From an uncultured Trueperaceae bacterium (GTDB lineage: Bacteria > Deinococcota > Deinococci > Deinococcales > Trueperaceae), in the NCBI GenBank assembly GCA_963815215.1, contig CAWFFU010000003.1, forward strand, positions 448,001 to 512,000: a stretch of 64,000 nucleotides of DNA, in the 5' to 3' direction. The position numbers were made by a program, and so were the translations under genes. This document shows, one piece after another, positions 54,601-62,885 of this stretch. Every line of letters starts with the position of its first letter. Position 1 is the stretch's first letter. The notes under the pieces are model-generated. The model worked only from the letters and a program-made list of their open reading frames with translations. It had not been told where the DNA came from and searched no databases.

Positions 54601-55736
54601 CTGCGGGATCGTCGTCGCCCCCCGCCTCGTCGTCGGCATCGCCGTCCGCGACGGGAGCGGCCGCGACCGGCAACGCGTCGACGACCGCGCCGGCCAGCGG
54701 TTCACGGGCCGCGCTGCGGGCGGTGGTGTTCGACGGGCTCCACCTGCGCGCCCCCCAGCGCGTCCTCCTCGACGCCAGCTTCGGCAGCATGGAGGCCGCG
54801 CTCGACCTGACCCTGACGGGTACAGCTGCCGCTCCGGAGCTCTCCGGCACGGCCAGTGCCCTGCGCGGCTCGTTGCGCTTCGGCGGCCGGGACTTCACCA
54901 TCGACCACGCCCTGGCGACCTTCCAGCCCAACCGCGGCGTGTACCCGAGCCTGGACGTGCAGGCCCACAGCACGTTCGACAAACGCCGTGTGCTCTCGGG
55001 AACGACGGGCGTGAGCTTCGATAGCCCGCGCGACACCAACTCCTTCACGGTGACGCTGGCGTTCTCCGGCCAGGTGCAGCCCGCGCCGCAGGGACCCACC
55101 CCGGTGAAGTTCGACATCACCCCGACGCTCACGAGCGACGCCACGGTCCAGACCGGGACCGATGCCGCGACCTCGTCCCCACGGCCGCTGAACGACCAGG
55201 AACTGCTGTCACTCATCACCCTGGGCCGGCTCGAAGTGAAACCGCAGTTCGCCGGGCAGGCCGGCATCGGAACGGCGGTGGCCCAGAGCGCCATCGACAC
55301 CGCGGTCAACGTCCTGGTCGTGAACGAGCTGCAGAACGCGCTCAGCAAGGCACTGGGGCTGGACGTGGTGGAGATCCACACCACCCCGCTATCGAGCCTG
55401 CTCGACAACTCCGGGCAGCCGTTCGGGGTCTCGCTGCGCCTGGGCGGCTACCTCACGCCAGAGCTGTTCGCCAGCTACCGTTTCGGGAACGTCACCGGCA
55501 CCGGCGAGAGCTACGCCTTCACCAACGAGGTGACCCTGAGCTACGATCTGGGGCCGCTCAATTTCGATCTCTCGGGGCAGCTCAGCTTCCCGGACTCCAG
55601 CGCCACGGCCGGCCCGGTCCCGCAACTCGGCCTGGGGCTGCGTTACGCCTTCACCCCGGCCATCGGCCTGGAGGCGGGCGTCGATCTGTCGAACGTGCGC
55701 CAACAAGCCCGCTTCGGCGTCAGCTTCCGTTGGTGA
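45603..55736 (+). CDS. tamB: Giant TamB / AsmA-like envelope protein (3377 aa)
   Basis: N-terminal TM anchor, continuous G/L/A-rich beta-strand pattern, DUF490-like C-terminal region (LTGT...PELSG, LDVQA, ELLSLITLG), ends FGVSFRW. Confidence 0.82.
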   Translation: MRRRTLVTLLALVVLIALAAIAPQTPLGRAWLLGRARAALQSSGIVLDYHDATGNPWTGVHLDDASVRAPGLELRVSSLDVRYFLPSLLTGELPLSVTMDGVRGSVDVTALTRAGRSASSAGLPVTPVLQELTVSDASLTVQQVPYTLPSGAVSNIRIRQRGDTLELQAHLRTADGSADGRGVLDLAGGSFDGEVTRADVTLARHWFPGAAGGTVSGPLHVGSDGIHGDFTLRDGSLDAIGLKPTNIHGAVRLRYPLITAKLQGTVLGGAVQADGTVNIAARHWEAHGQGSPQLAAAAAWLGRGQLPAADQMPLTGSAATTLDVAGWTGVHVSGTAHGSGALAGLPLAGLASNFSYDSQRGVTVQATGVVAQGPTVVTVASGPAGTRIEANAKQMAPLPGQRVDAQFQVELTAKGAGGTLRLTDHASLPDRQAVVSLEAGLNRDGWQGVVQGSDGLGGRLEGALALAAGSLSGELRVHTLTLPGLTSPIDAGLRADGPLTALPLTLTLGVGAPVTVGLAGETLEADLSGHVNAVLEGARLRQIRAALGPLTASGELRLAPLSGTLGLELAPTAVRGPVTAQLSLAQGTIDIGPNGLQPHGTLDVGTVLAGPLTFRPGPLELTPGNGSGAGLVATSKNGHMTVEVGAGGAQATLAGMSFALAGLPVTADGSVRLPFGTAGNAGAATTRSAAPLAALRPDLTLHNGDAALTLRPNDGNLALELTAPAGGRLGPFSLTQPLHLSGEADLTAAHADLTGALGSVPLSAAADWPASGMRAEASAGSRPQRLDATLTAQGWSLTGSLPLAPVGAALTLPLAGTLRADLTAERNAAGVRYRGTADVHVTAPLAGEVSLAGRGDRLEATLRSGLAGTPLRAEGTLLPSLALVAHAGSLGPIDVRGGRLTGSGTLPARTLAAGVEMPALPWTVGGSLSPLAIDLVLGGGHVHLAGGRLAANLRLPLRYRGQPLLAELATAGSGPLDDVAGAPQVRLDGGLGALPLTARLLTRDGTSLLDVSGTPGALKLTGTVPAAVAAGPLPDALTPAGTIALTGEASLTGISSYRLDARWQAGASTVVAALSGGVTSYRLDAQGGGFTFQASPGRATLTADAADLRPLFVGLPLDAALNGTLHLEKGHWSGALHARATTPVLLSADLTGTGTGLEAAIHAAYGPVQADVSGAVLPAPRLQAVARAYGTALRLEATTQGSWTDLRVAGSLTTSAVAAAPWLVLPDRRVSLAWEPLTGSLSASGGGLTLSGSVTELRGSLTLPLRVAGIDETLAADFAGSALRPTLRGSITGAAVHGTFSAGVDSGLDTSLVVSAAGAQAALGPSARLVAGDSNVRAHAALDGSWNATLGSALTLGAATLPLHAALDGRRASYTGTLALRSPAPDASLVSASLRGTGASMSATADLSQVDFTRVGELLGVPLDVHASGELTVASQPLAATLRVRADGTVAGRKLTLEGHAGNAGGVDLTAAFGPLTFGLTQAGGSDGVGAPLSLRVLSADGASQLAGTLDLGASTVLAVTGTVGGSPATVHAAGDASAGSGTLRLALGAASLDADLRRTDGTSDLRLDVNAPAGSLRALGTSLAGTVAAELSLAQGAITVRKLQVASPTGPTAWGLSLSGPAYPNADLKGTLGAPAWKLTGDVAVAGPASRLGITLRTGSLEVDAAMQGPRLHRVRADGAARLALAAQWIDIRAKELAWGPDAGFTGSATIRAPALLVGLPGDLVADVTGDGPLSAGVTAGPADRPWLRASAQLAPDPFRDPTLQGTTAFDVPLMQLLGGVTTADLLLTGHPALSGTWRQPSLAGDLAVQGALQAQGPVRIGSEGGSLSLHGGGLSLDASYRGGAWSGTFSMQDVALAPFDARLDGAHLSLRADLAGGRGRNLQANVSSLQLTAPGASLTGSGTLGSGLRVALQVRADLSAMSLPGPKLQGLVHGPLVLAAPSLADVRQGTLVAVLDMARVGLAGTGGTVDGTLQVGGSPADPSLSATLQGAGEVHGQLRADARPARQRLDLHSTLSFRGVVTDLGLVLNNGRVEASGLARVGTAEADLSTDTQGRLQVTGAGSLLGWRATVAADLAQAQLEGPLTSLGVHAVGGVTLTFGSEPWLNGRIEGASFQGIDLGTLSVTSQRPGAPVVLDGPHLNGSLQPTTLAWKLHLDAQPLAAGVAAGGDASGTAATGDATVHLTGTVAGSPAAVSLRASNRGGVSLQGSGTILGGRLELAAALAGGKLWTGSLSLTGARVAGLGGSFDASLAGPANDPALDGRLTLQGVLQGSARLHASPGRATIEAALQGAALGSAVHVTGSLAPTLDLTLSTAGSSGPSQGSVRLFETGGAVHADGTLDLAAGPVVVGLAGSGPDTPVGVSLRVPALPGLAFHGELPAEAPLALADTLRTAGLALTGAGRTRGRLALEIAPAPRATLHDVRFDLGGTVLSASGTLTPAGTSLQGALALPDSFPVDHVGGAELPYRLTLEKGALTLSSDGALGTLNATIATTAGRGTVRADLHTIGEGGGVGAGTASIALSFDPSNGPSGTVSVKDVQVSRSGLPSLTLSADVRVAAGRLAGSADVKAPHGGVHVDGGWGLGGLLPSALAPNAPSGGSLQARVNTFQLASLPTVARLAPHVAGAVSGIVQLRNDTAVAQLVAPGFTVAGTALPLELQLSGPLTDLSAQLKLGTSVATATLRADRASGVLTLRRFPAQVLAEASAGATDIQAEVDGLLRFDIPFRDPASSYLRMATESIRLERAGVVTTGSLAFAYNDHAFTLEQAAFQGRGTWQAQGSVDANHLDLRLSANDADFGPLLGLVPMFARYGVGANGSFDLIAQGSPARPDINLTANRLDAQVAGTRYRVDHANVTLKGSALTAVATIVGIAPLGGSLDAHGSAQLTLAPLALRNTDFRFTGSARVPVFGTVTDVSGGITQPPGSAPQLAISGKLGNPFTIRGSLAPFDVTLRGQGLDLQASPLLVTSSVVDANVTMKATPTGLALGGELDAAEIRMDLAAGSSSPPASSSASPSATGAAATGNASTTAPASGSRAALRAVVFDGLHLRAPQRVLLDASFGSMEAALDLTLTGTAAAPELSGTASALRGSLRFGGRDFTIDHALATFQPNRGVYPSLDVQAHSTFDKRRVLSGTTGVSFDSPRDTNSFTVTLAFSGQVQPAPQGPTPVKFDITPTLTSDATVQTGTDAATSSPRPLNDQELLSLITLGRLEVKPQFAGQAGIGTAVAQSAIDTAVNVLVVNELQNALSKALGLDVVEIHTTPLSSLLDNSGQPFGVSLRLGGYLTPELFASYRFGNVTGTGESYAFTNEVTLSYDLGPLNFDLSGQLSFPDSSATAGPVPQLGLGLRYAFTPAIGLEAGVDLSNVRQQARFGVSFRW

Positions 55737-55791
55737 GCGGCCCAACGATGCCGGGCCCCGGGCGTGACGGGGCGCCCGGCGGGGCGCTCCC

Positions 55792-57441
55792 TCACCCCAC
55801 GCCGGACTCGTAGCGCGCCAGACGCGCGCTCCCCAGGAGCAGCGGCAACACCGTCCATAGCAGCGTTAGCACGCCCACGGCGCCGAGGACCGCCAGCCCC
55901 TCGACGGAGCTCCAGTGGAAGCTCCCTGGAGCCCGCAGCGTGCGGTAGGCCGGGTAGGCGAACAGCAGCGTGGCCAGGACGGCGTAGGCGAGCCCCAGCG
56001 CCATGTACAGCAGACCCCCGGTGGACAGCGGGACCTCGGCCGGGCTGGTTGCGTCGAAGCGCGGGAAGGCGGCTCCCAACCCCACCCCCAATCCGGTGGC
56101 GGCGACGCCGGCGCACACGCCGGCGATGGGGCTGGCGAGGGCGAGTACCGGTGACACCCCGAGGCGTCCGGCGACCGCCACCCCCAGGCCGCCGCCGAGG
56201 AGCACCATCACCGGCAGCGCCCCCCAGAACTTCGCCAGCACCACCTGTCGCGCGCGCAGCGGCGCGGTGCGCAGCAGCCAGAATCCCTCGCCCTCCAGCG
56301 ACACCAGCGGGAAGGCCGTGCGGATCCCTACGCCCGCCATCAGGAAGCCCAGGAACATCAGGTTCAGCGCGCCCACCAGATCGCGGAAGGTCTGCATCTG
56401 CGCCGCCAGGGACGCGGTGCTGATGAAGTAGACGCCGGCCAGCGCCGCCAGCACCAAGAGTTGCGACCACTGCGACGGATCGCGCGCCAGCAGCCGTAGG
56501 TCCTTCACGATCATCCCGCCGGCCGGCCCCAGCCGGGCGAGCGGCGCTTCCCAGCGCGCCGCGGGCAACGCTCCTACCACGCCGGGCTTGCCGGCCGCGT
56601 CGAGGGCACGGAACCAGCCGGCGCGGTAGGCCAGCGCTGCCACCCGCGCCACCCCGGCCAGGAGCGCCACCGACACCACGGCCAGCAGAAGCGCCGCCGG
56701 CGACACCTCCCCGCGCAAGGCACGCCACACCGCGGAGCTGCCCCACGCCGACGGCAGCCAGCCCACATGCCACGCGGCGAAGCGGGCGAGCGCCTGATCG
56801 AACTGCTCCGGGGTCAGGTTGCTCAGGCGCTCGGGACGGAGCGCACGCATCCCGAGCACCAGCGCGGCCGCCAAGGCGACGCTCGCCCCCGTGGCCACCT
56901 CCTTGGCGCGGCCCGCGGGCGCGACCCGCATCAGTACCAGCGCCGCCAGCGCTCCTACGGCCACCGGCAACGCGTACAGCGCCAAGAGCGCGGCCACAGC
57001 GATGAGGTAGTAGCCGGGCGGAGCGCCCCGCTCGATGCCCAGCCCTACCAGCACCGGCAACGTGAACAGGGCGGGGAGCAGGGCACTGTTGACGTAGGTC
57101 TCCACCACCTTCAGTCCGAACACCCGCGCCGCGCTCACCGGCAGGCTCAACAGGAACGGCAGATCGCTGGAGTCGTAGAGGGTGGCGATGGCCCCGGTCA
57201 GCACGCTGAACGCGACCGCCACCATGAGCACCGTGAACAGCGCCTCCAGGCTGCGCTGCTCCACCGCTCCCGAGATGCTGCCGATCCCCGGATAGTCCTC
57301 CAGGAAGCGGACGCCGCGGCGGGTCGCCGCCAGCACCCCGATGAAGATCCCGCTCAGCATCGCCACGCCGACGAGCGCCCGCAGCGGCGTCCGCCGTAGC
57401 GCGTTGAGCGCCCCCCGTAGGCGCATGGCCGGCAGGATCAT
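55792..57441 (-). CDS. Putative ABC exporter permease
   Basis: About 12 TM helices, DLPFLLSLPV, KDLRLLARD, SLEGEGFWLLRTAP; coupled to the ATPase gene. Confidence 0.82.
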   Translation of the reverse strand: MILPAMRLRGALNALRRTPLRALVGVAMLSGIFIGVLAATRRGVRFLEDYPGIGSISGAVEQRSLEALFTVLMVAVAFSVLTGAIATLYDSSDLPFLLSLPVSAARVFGLKVVETYVNSALLPALFTLPVLVGLGIERGAPPGYYLIAVAALLALYALPVAVGALAALVLMRVAPAGRAKEVATGASVALAAALVLGMRALRPERLSNLTPEQFDQALARFAAWHVGWLPSAWGSSAVWRALRGEVSPAALLLAVVSVALLAGVARVAALAYRAGWFRALDAAGKPGVVGALPAARWEAPLARLGPAGGMIVKDLRLLARDPSQWSQLLVLAALAGVYFISTASLAAQMQTFRDLVGALNLMFLGFLMAGVGIRTAFPLVSLEGEGFWLLRTAPLRARQVVLAKFWGALPVMVLLGGGLGVAVAGRLGVSPVLALASPIAGVCAGVAATGLGVGLGAAFPRFDATSPAEVPLSTGGLLYMALGLAYAVLATLLFAYPAYRTLRAPGSFHWSSVEGLAVLGAVGVLTLLWTVLPLLLGSARLARYESGVG

Positions 57442-58175
57442 GCCGCGGCCCCGCGCGCCGCCTCCTCCGTGAGTTGCAGGAAGATGGCCTCGAGGGTAGC
57501 GTCGTCGACGCCCACCTTCTGGCGTAGCTCGGTCATGGTGCCCGACGCCACGATACGGCCGTGGTGCAATAGCAGCACCCGATCGGAGACCGCTTCCGCC
57601 ACCTCCATCGAGTGGGTGGTGAGCAGCACCGCGCCTCCAGTGTCCGCCCGCTGGCGCATGAGCCGGCGTACGTCGTGGGCCGCCCTCGGGTCGAGCCCGA
57701 CCATCGGCTCGTCGATCACCAGCGCCGGCGGGTCGTGAAGCAGCGCCGCGGCGAAGGTGAGCTTCTGACGCATCCCATGGGAGTACGTCTCGATCAGCTC
57801 GTTGGCCGAGCGCTGGAGGTCGAAGTGCTCCAACCACGCCTCGGCCTTCGCCTCACCCTCGGCGACGCCACGCAGGCGGGCCAGGAACCTCAGCAGCTCC
57901 CGGCCCGTCAACTTCTGATAGAGGTAGGGGCGATCGGGCACGTACCCGAGCAACGCCTTGGCCTCGAGCGGTTCCCGCTCGAGGCCGTGGCCACCGACCG
58001 ACACCGTCCCGCCGCTAGGCCGCAGCAGCCCGGTGACGGCCTTGATGGTGGTGGACTTGCCGGCGCCATTGGGCCCGAGCAAGGCCACCACCTCCCCCTT
58101 CTGCACGGCGAAACTCACCCCGTCGACCGCTCTCACGCGGCCGTAGCTCTTCACCAGCAGGCGGACGTCGATCAT
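57438..58175 (-). CDS. ABC transporter ATP-binding protein
   Basis: GPNGAGKST, YSHGMRQK, DEPMVGLDP. Confidence 0.92.
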   Translation of the reverse strand: MIDVRLLVKSYGRVRAVDGVSFAVQKGEVVALLGPNGAGKSTTIKAVTGLLRPSGGTVSVGGHGLEREPLEAKALLGYVPDRPYLYQKLTGRELLRFLARLRGVAEGEAKAEAWLEHFDLQRSANELIETYSHGMRQKLTFAAALLHDPPALVIDEPMVGLDPRAAHDVRRLMRQRADTGGAVLLTTHSMEVAEAVSDRVLLLHHGRIVASGTMTELRQKVGVDDATLEAIFLQLTEEAARGAAA

Positions 58176-58194
58176 CGCTCGGACGGGTCCGCCG

Positions 58195-59556
58195 TCAGTG
58201 CGACGCCGTTGCGGTCGACGCCGCCGTCGCCTCCTTCAGCACCGTGTCGTACGCCACCTTGAGCGCGTGATCGGTCTTCAGGTCCACGATGGCCTGACCC
58301 TGCACCGCACTGAGCTGCGGTTTGGGACCGAGCGTGACGAACTGGAAGGTACCGTCCTGGTTGGCCTTGGTGCTTCCGATCGTCTTGCCGTCCACCACGA
58401 TCTGCACCTCCTGCCCGGGATCGGCGCCGCGGCCGTCCACCGAGATGGTGTTGGGGTAGCGGGTGTCCTTGGCCAGGATGTCCGGGGTGATGCCCTTCTT
58501 CTGGATGTTGGTGCGGTCGGGCGTGAGCCACTCGAACGACACGTAGCGTAGCTGGCCGCCGTCGGAGAGCGACACCACCGACTGCGCCACGCCCTTGCCG
58601 AAGGTCTGCTCGCCCACCACCTTGGCGCGTCCGTTGTCCTTCAGGGCCGCCGACACGATCTCGGACGCCGACGCCGAGTTGTGGTTCACCAGCACCACCA
58701 TCGGTCCGCTGAACACCTGTTGAGGATCGGCCGACGCCAGCCGTTGCGTCACCCCGCGAGCACGCTGGAACACGATATCTCCGTGGCTGAGGAAGTCGTC
58801 GGAGACATCGATGGCTTCGGTGAGCAGGCCGCCGGGGTTGTCCCGGAGGTCGAGGATGAGCGAGGTGGCGCCCTCCTTCTTGAGCTGGTCGAGCTGCTGC
58901 TTGAGCTGGTCGTTGAGCTTCTGGTTGTTGAACGAGCTCAGCGCTACGTATCCGACGTGGTCGGGCAGCATCGTCGACGACACATCGATGACCTTGATCG
59001 TGTCGCGCTGGACGGTCACCTCGACAGGCTGATCCTGGCCGGGACGCCGCATGGTCAGGTGGACGCTGGTGCCCTTCGGGCCGCGCACCAGGTCGGCGAC
59101 ACCGCTCGAGGTCTTGTCGCTGACGTCGGTGCCGTCGACCTTGAGGAAGATGTCGCCGCGCTGGAGCCCCGCCTTGTCCGCCGGGCCGCCCTTGTAGACG
59201 GTGAGGATCTCGACACCCTTGCCGGTCTGCCGGTTGTGGGGCGTGAGCACCGCACCGATCCCTTCGTACTGACCGGTCATCTGCTGGTTGTCGAAGGCGG
59301 CCGCCTTGGGCTCGATGTAACTGGTGAACGGATCGTTGAGGGAGCTCACCATGCCGTTGATGGCGCCGCGGATCAGGGTCTGATCGGTTACGTCGTGCAG
59401 GTAGCCGGTCTTCAGGGCCCCGAACGCCTGGACCAGCGCTCGACCGCTCGGGTTGTTCAGGAACTCGCCCGCGAAGTCCCGGGAGAGCTGTGCGTTCACG
59501 ACCGCCGTGGTCAACGCCAGCCCCACCAGGCCAAGGATCAGCCATCTACGCTTCAT
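58195..59556 (-). CDS. S41 C-terminal processing protease (CtpA-like)
   Basis: Signal peptide, PDZ (EGIGA), DLRDNPGG, SASASE, TFGKG; RBS GGAGG. Confidence 0.92.
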   Translation of the reverse strand: MKRRWLILGLVGLALTTAVVNAQLSRDFAGEFLNNPSGRALVQAFGALKTGYLHDVTDQTLIRGAINGMVSSLNDPFTSYIEPKAAAFDNQQMTGQYEGIGAVLTPHNRQTGKGVEILTVYKGGPADKAGLQRGDIFLKVDGTDVSDKTSSGVADLVRGPKGTSVHLTMRRPGQDQPVEVTVQRDTIKVIDVSSTMLPDHVGYVALSSFNNQKLNDQLKQQLDQLKKEGATSLILDLRDNPGGLLTEAIDVSDDFLSHGDIVFQRARGVTQRLASADPQQVFSGPMVVLVNHNSASASEIVSAALKDNGRAKVVGEQTFGKGVAQSVVSLSDGGQLRYVSFEWLTPDRTNIQKKGITPDILAKDTRYPNTISVDGRGADPGQEVQIVVDGKTIGSTKANQDGTFQFVTLGPKPQLSAVQGQAIVDLKTDHALKVAYDTVLKEATAASTATASH

Positions 59557-59698
59557 GAAGCCTCCAAGGGGGGATTGCACATGTCTCCCGAGTATATGCG
59601 GGCACTGCCATTAGAACCGTAAGGACCCGGACAGCGCTTTCGTGGGCCTGGAGGCGCCTCGAAAGGTGCGCCAGCAAGGTTGCGCTAGGATGGACGCC

Positions 59699-61099
59699 GT
59701 GCGCGTTCTGTTCGCCAGCAGCGAGGTCCATCCGTACAGCAAGACGGGCGGGCTCGCGGACGTGGCCGCGGCTCTCCCGCGCGCGCTGGCCACGCTGGGC
59801 CACGAGGTGCTGGTGGTGTCCCCCTGGTACGGGAGCCTGAGCGCCGACCCGCCACCGTTGTGGATCGGCGACGTGGAGGTGCCCTTCGCGGGCGGCTTCG
59901 AGCCCGTGGGCGTGGGGACGCTCGAGGCGATGGGCGTGCGCTACGCCTTCGTCGGACACCGCGACTTCCAGCGCGAGGACCTCTACGGTTACAGCGACGA
60001 CGTACGGCGCTTCGCGCGGTTCACGCGGGCCGTCCCTGCGGTCGCCGAGCGCCTCGGCTTCCGACCCGCCGTGGTCCACGCGAACGACTGGCACACCGCC
60101 TACCTGCCACTGGTGCTGGGCCATGGCTGGCATCTGCCGCAGGGGTTCCCGGGCCTGCCAACGGTGTTCACGGTCCACAACGTGCAGTACCAGGGCACCT
60201 CGGGGATCGAGGAGGTGCTGTGGTGGTTGCGCCTCCCGGGCGCGCTGGCCGACGACTACCTCAACCATTTCGGGACGGCCAACGCCATGCAGTCGGCTCT
60301 CGGCCACGCCGGGCGGGTCACCACGGTCAGCCCGACCTACGCCGACGAGATCCGGCGGCCGGAGTTCGGCTACGGGCTCGACGGCACGTTCCGTCACATC
60401 GGCGACCGTCTGGTGGGCATCCTGAACGGGCTGGACACCGACACCTGGGACCCGTCCCGCGATCCGCACCTGCCGCAGACCTACTCCGCGGCCGACCTGC
60501 GCGGCAAGATCCGATCCGGGCAGGAACTCCGCACACGCTTCGGCCTTGCCGGGGAGGCGCCGGTGCTGGGCGTGGTGTCGCGCCTCGCCGACCAGAAGGG
60601 CATCGACGTGCTGCTCGCGGCCGGCGACCGCCTGGTGACGCAGGGCTGGTCGCTGGCGCTGTTGGGATCGGGCGATCCGGCCCTGGAGCGCGCGGTGCGC
60701 GAGCTCGCCGCACGCCATGCGGGTCGCGTCAGCGCGGTCGTGGGTTTCGACGAAGCCGTGGCCCACCTGGTGTACGCCGGGAGCGACGCGCTGGCGGTCC
60801 CCAGCCGCTTCGAGCCGTGCGGGTTGAGCCAGATGATCGCCATGCGCTACGGCACGCTCCCCATCGCACGCGACACCGGCGGGCTTCACGACACCATCGA
60901 CGACGAGCGCACCGGCTTCCTGTTCCGGCGGGCCGACCCCGAGGGGTTGTTGGGAGCGACGGAGCGTGCCCTCGCGCCGTTCGGGACCGAGCGCTGGCGA
61001 GCGATGCTGCAGCGGGCGATGGCGCTCGACTTCAGCTGGGAACGTTCGGCGCGTCACTACGCCGAGCTGTACCGGGGCGTGGTAGCGTCGCCGCGATGA
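59699..61099 (+). CDS. glgA: Glycogen synthase
   Basis: KTGGLADV, HANDWHT, FTVHN, SRLADQKG, PSRFEPCGL; GTG start (MRVLFASSE) 7 nt after TAGGAT. Confidence 0.95.
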   Translation: MRVLFASSEVHPYSKTGGLADVAAALPRALATLGHEVLVVSPWYGSLSADPPPLWIGDVEVPFAGGFEPVGVGTLEAMGVRYAFVGHRDFQREDLYGYSDDVRRFARFTRAVPAVAERLGFRPAVVHANDWHTAYLPLVLGHGWHLPQGFPGLPTVFTVHNVQYQGTSGIEEVLWWLRLPGALADDYLNHFGTANAMQSALGHAGRVTTVSPTYADEIRRPEFGYGLDGTFRHIGDRLVGILNGLDTDTWDPSRDPHLPQTYSAADLRGKIRSGQELRTRFGLAGEAPVLGVVSRLADQKGIDVLLAAGDRLVTQGWSLALLGSGDPALERAVRELAARHAGRVSAVVGFDEAVAHLVYAGSDALAVPSRFEPCGLSQMIAMRYGTLPIARDTGGLHDTIDDERTGFLFRRADPEGLLGATERALAPFGTERWRAMLQRAMALDFSWERSARHYAELYRGVVASPR

Positions 61100-61899
61100 T
61101 GAGCGACCCTACCGCCGGCACCGCACCCCGTCCGGCGGCTCCGATCATGGACTGGCGTGAGGCTCTCTCCGAGGGCCGCTTCGGCACAGCGCAACGGGCC
61201 TTCACGATGGCGAACGAGAGCGCGCCCGACGTCCGCCACGCCCTCGCGGGCTTGGCGGACGTGGAAGCGATGCTCAAGGACAAGGCCTGGGGGCGGGCGC
61301 TCAAGCGCTTCGCCCAGATCGACGAGCGGCCTGCGATCGTGGCGTGGCACGAGATCGAGCTCGACCTGGCGTGCTTGAAGCGCTCGGGGGAGGCGCTCGA
61401 GCGGCGCCGTCCGGACGATGCGCTGGCCGAGCTCGACCAGCTGCGAAGCGGCCTGTTCGTAGCAGAGGCCGAGACCCAGCGCGGCACCGCGCTCATCTTC
61501 GACGACCGACTCGAGGACGCCGCCGCGGCCTTCCAACGGGCCATCGAGCGCGATCCGATGCACTTCCGCGCGCTGACCAACCTCGGCAACGTGGCGCTCG
61601 AGGAAGGCAGGGTCGACGACGCCATCGCTGCGTACGAACAGGCTCTGAAGCTCAACGACAACTTCGCCAACGCCCACCACAACCTGGCCGTGGCCTACCG
61701 CCGCAAGGGCAATCTGAACAAGAGCGTCAGCTCACTGCGGCGCGCCCAGCGCCTGATGCAGCGACGCGACACCAACGAGGCCCGCGATCGCCTCGGGTCG
61801 CTGGGGAGCGGGAAGAGCGCGCGCACGCTGCGTTGGGCGCTGTACGCGGTCGCGGCGGTCGCGCTCTATCTCGTGCTGCACAGCCGCGGAATGCTCTGA
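61096..61899 (+). CDS. TPR-repeat protein with C-terminal membrane anchor
   Basis: ALTNLGNV..DAIAAYEQAL, AHHNLAVAY repeats; C-terminal hydrophobic helix. Confidence 0.85.
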   Translation: MMSDPTAGTAPRPAAPIMDWREALSEGRFGTAQRAFTMANESAPDVRHALAGLADVEAMLKDKAWGRALKRFAQIDERPAIVAWHEIELDLACLKRSGEALERRRPDDALAELDQLRSGLFVAEAETQRGTALIFDDRLEDAAAAFQRAIERDPMHFRALTNLGNVALEEGRVDDAIAAYEQALKLNDNFANAHHNLAVAYRRKGNLNKSVSSLRRAQRLMQRRDTNEARDRLGSLGSGKSARTLRWALYAVAAVALYLVLHSRGML

Positions 61900-61924
61900 G
61901 CCACCGCTCGCCGCCGCACCGCCG

Positions 61925-62110
61925 TCAGTCGCCATCGAGGAGGGTCTGCAAGATGGCGTCGACGTCGCCATCGCTGAGGGGCACCAGCCTGTCGCGCTGG
62001 AGGTAGTCCTCCAACAGTCGCTCGATCCTCTCCAACAAGGCCGCGTCTTCGACGTAGGCGACCCGAGAGATGATCCGCTGTTGGCGCTCCATGAGCGCGG
62101 CGCCCTGCAC
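61925..62110 (-). CDS. Small acidic helical hypothetical protein (61 aa)
   Basis: AGGAGG 7 nt before GTG 62110; TAAGAT -10-like box upstream; non-random L/E/D-rich composition. Confidence 0.7.
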   Translation of the reverse strand: MQGAALMERQQRIISRVAYVEDAALLERIERLLEDYLQRDRLVPLSDGDVDAILQTLLDGD

Positions 62111-62219
62111 AACCGTTCCTCCTAGCCCTCATCTTAGGGGCGTCCGGCGCCTTCCGAAAGGGCACATGTACGCCGGCCCGGATGCTCGTGGGCATCGGCC
62201 GGGACCCCGGGCCGAGGAC

Positions 62220-62881
62220 TCACCAGTCCGCAGGCCAGGTGAAGAACGACGCGAACGTGTAGTCGATGAGCGCCCGTCGATCGTCGGCCGCGAGGTTGCC
62301 GTAGCGCGCGCCAGCCAGCCGGTACATGAGTGCGTCGATATCGGCGACGTTGTGCGCGAGCACCCAGGACGCGCTCTTGAGGTCCTGCAGGTCGCCCCAG
62401 TGCAATAGCGCGATGCTCAAGGCGTCCGCGCGCAGCATCTTCTCGGCGTCGAACGCCATGCTCTCGCCACGCCGGATGCGCTCCCCATCGTCGGGCAGGG
62501 TCCACACATAGGCGGCCGCGTCCCACGCCCGGGCCGGGTCGCTGAGCGCCGCCGGATGCCCTGCGGTCCGGCCCAGGAGCAAGCTCGTCACCAAGCCCGG
62601 AGACATCGTCGAGCGCCATGTCGGCTCGGCGAACCTCGCGCGGTCGGCGTGACACGAAGCGCACGCCTCGGCATAGATCCTCTCCCCGGCCGGGATGCTC
62701 GGCTTGCGCGAGCCGGCGAGCGGGGCGGTGGCCCGCACGCTGCCGGCTTCCGGGGCCGCCGCGACGGCGGCGGCCCACAACGCCGAAGCCGGCAGCGCGA
62801 TCGCCGCCGCCACGGCCAGCGCCAGCGCGCGACGTCTAGCCACGCGTCCGCCCGCCCGCCCCCACCGCGCGCCGCCACGGC

Positions 62882-62885
<4 letters not shown>
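62220..62885 (-). CDS. Exported c-type cytochrome-like protein
   Basis: Arg-rich signal with hydrophobic core, GERIYAEACASCH, WDAAAYV helix; start overlaps the glmS stop. Confidence 0.7.
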
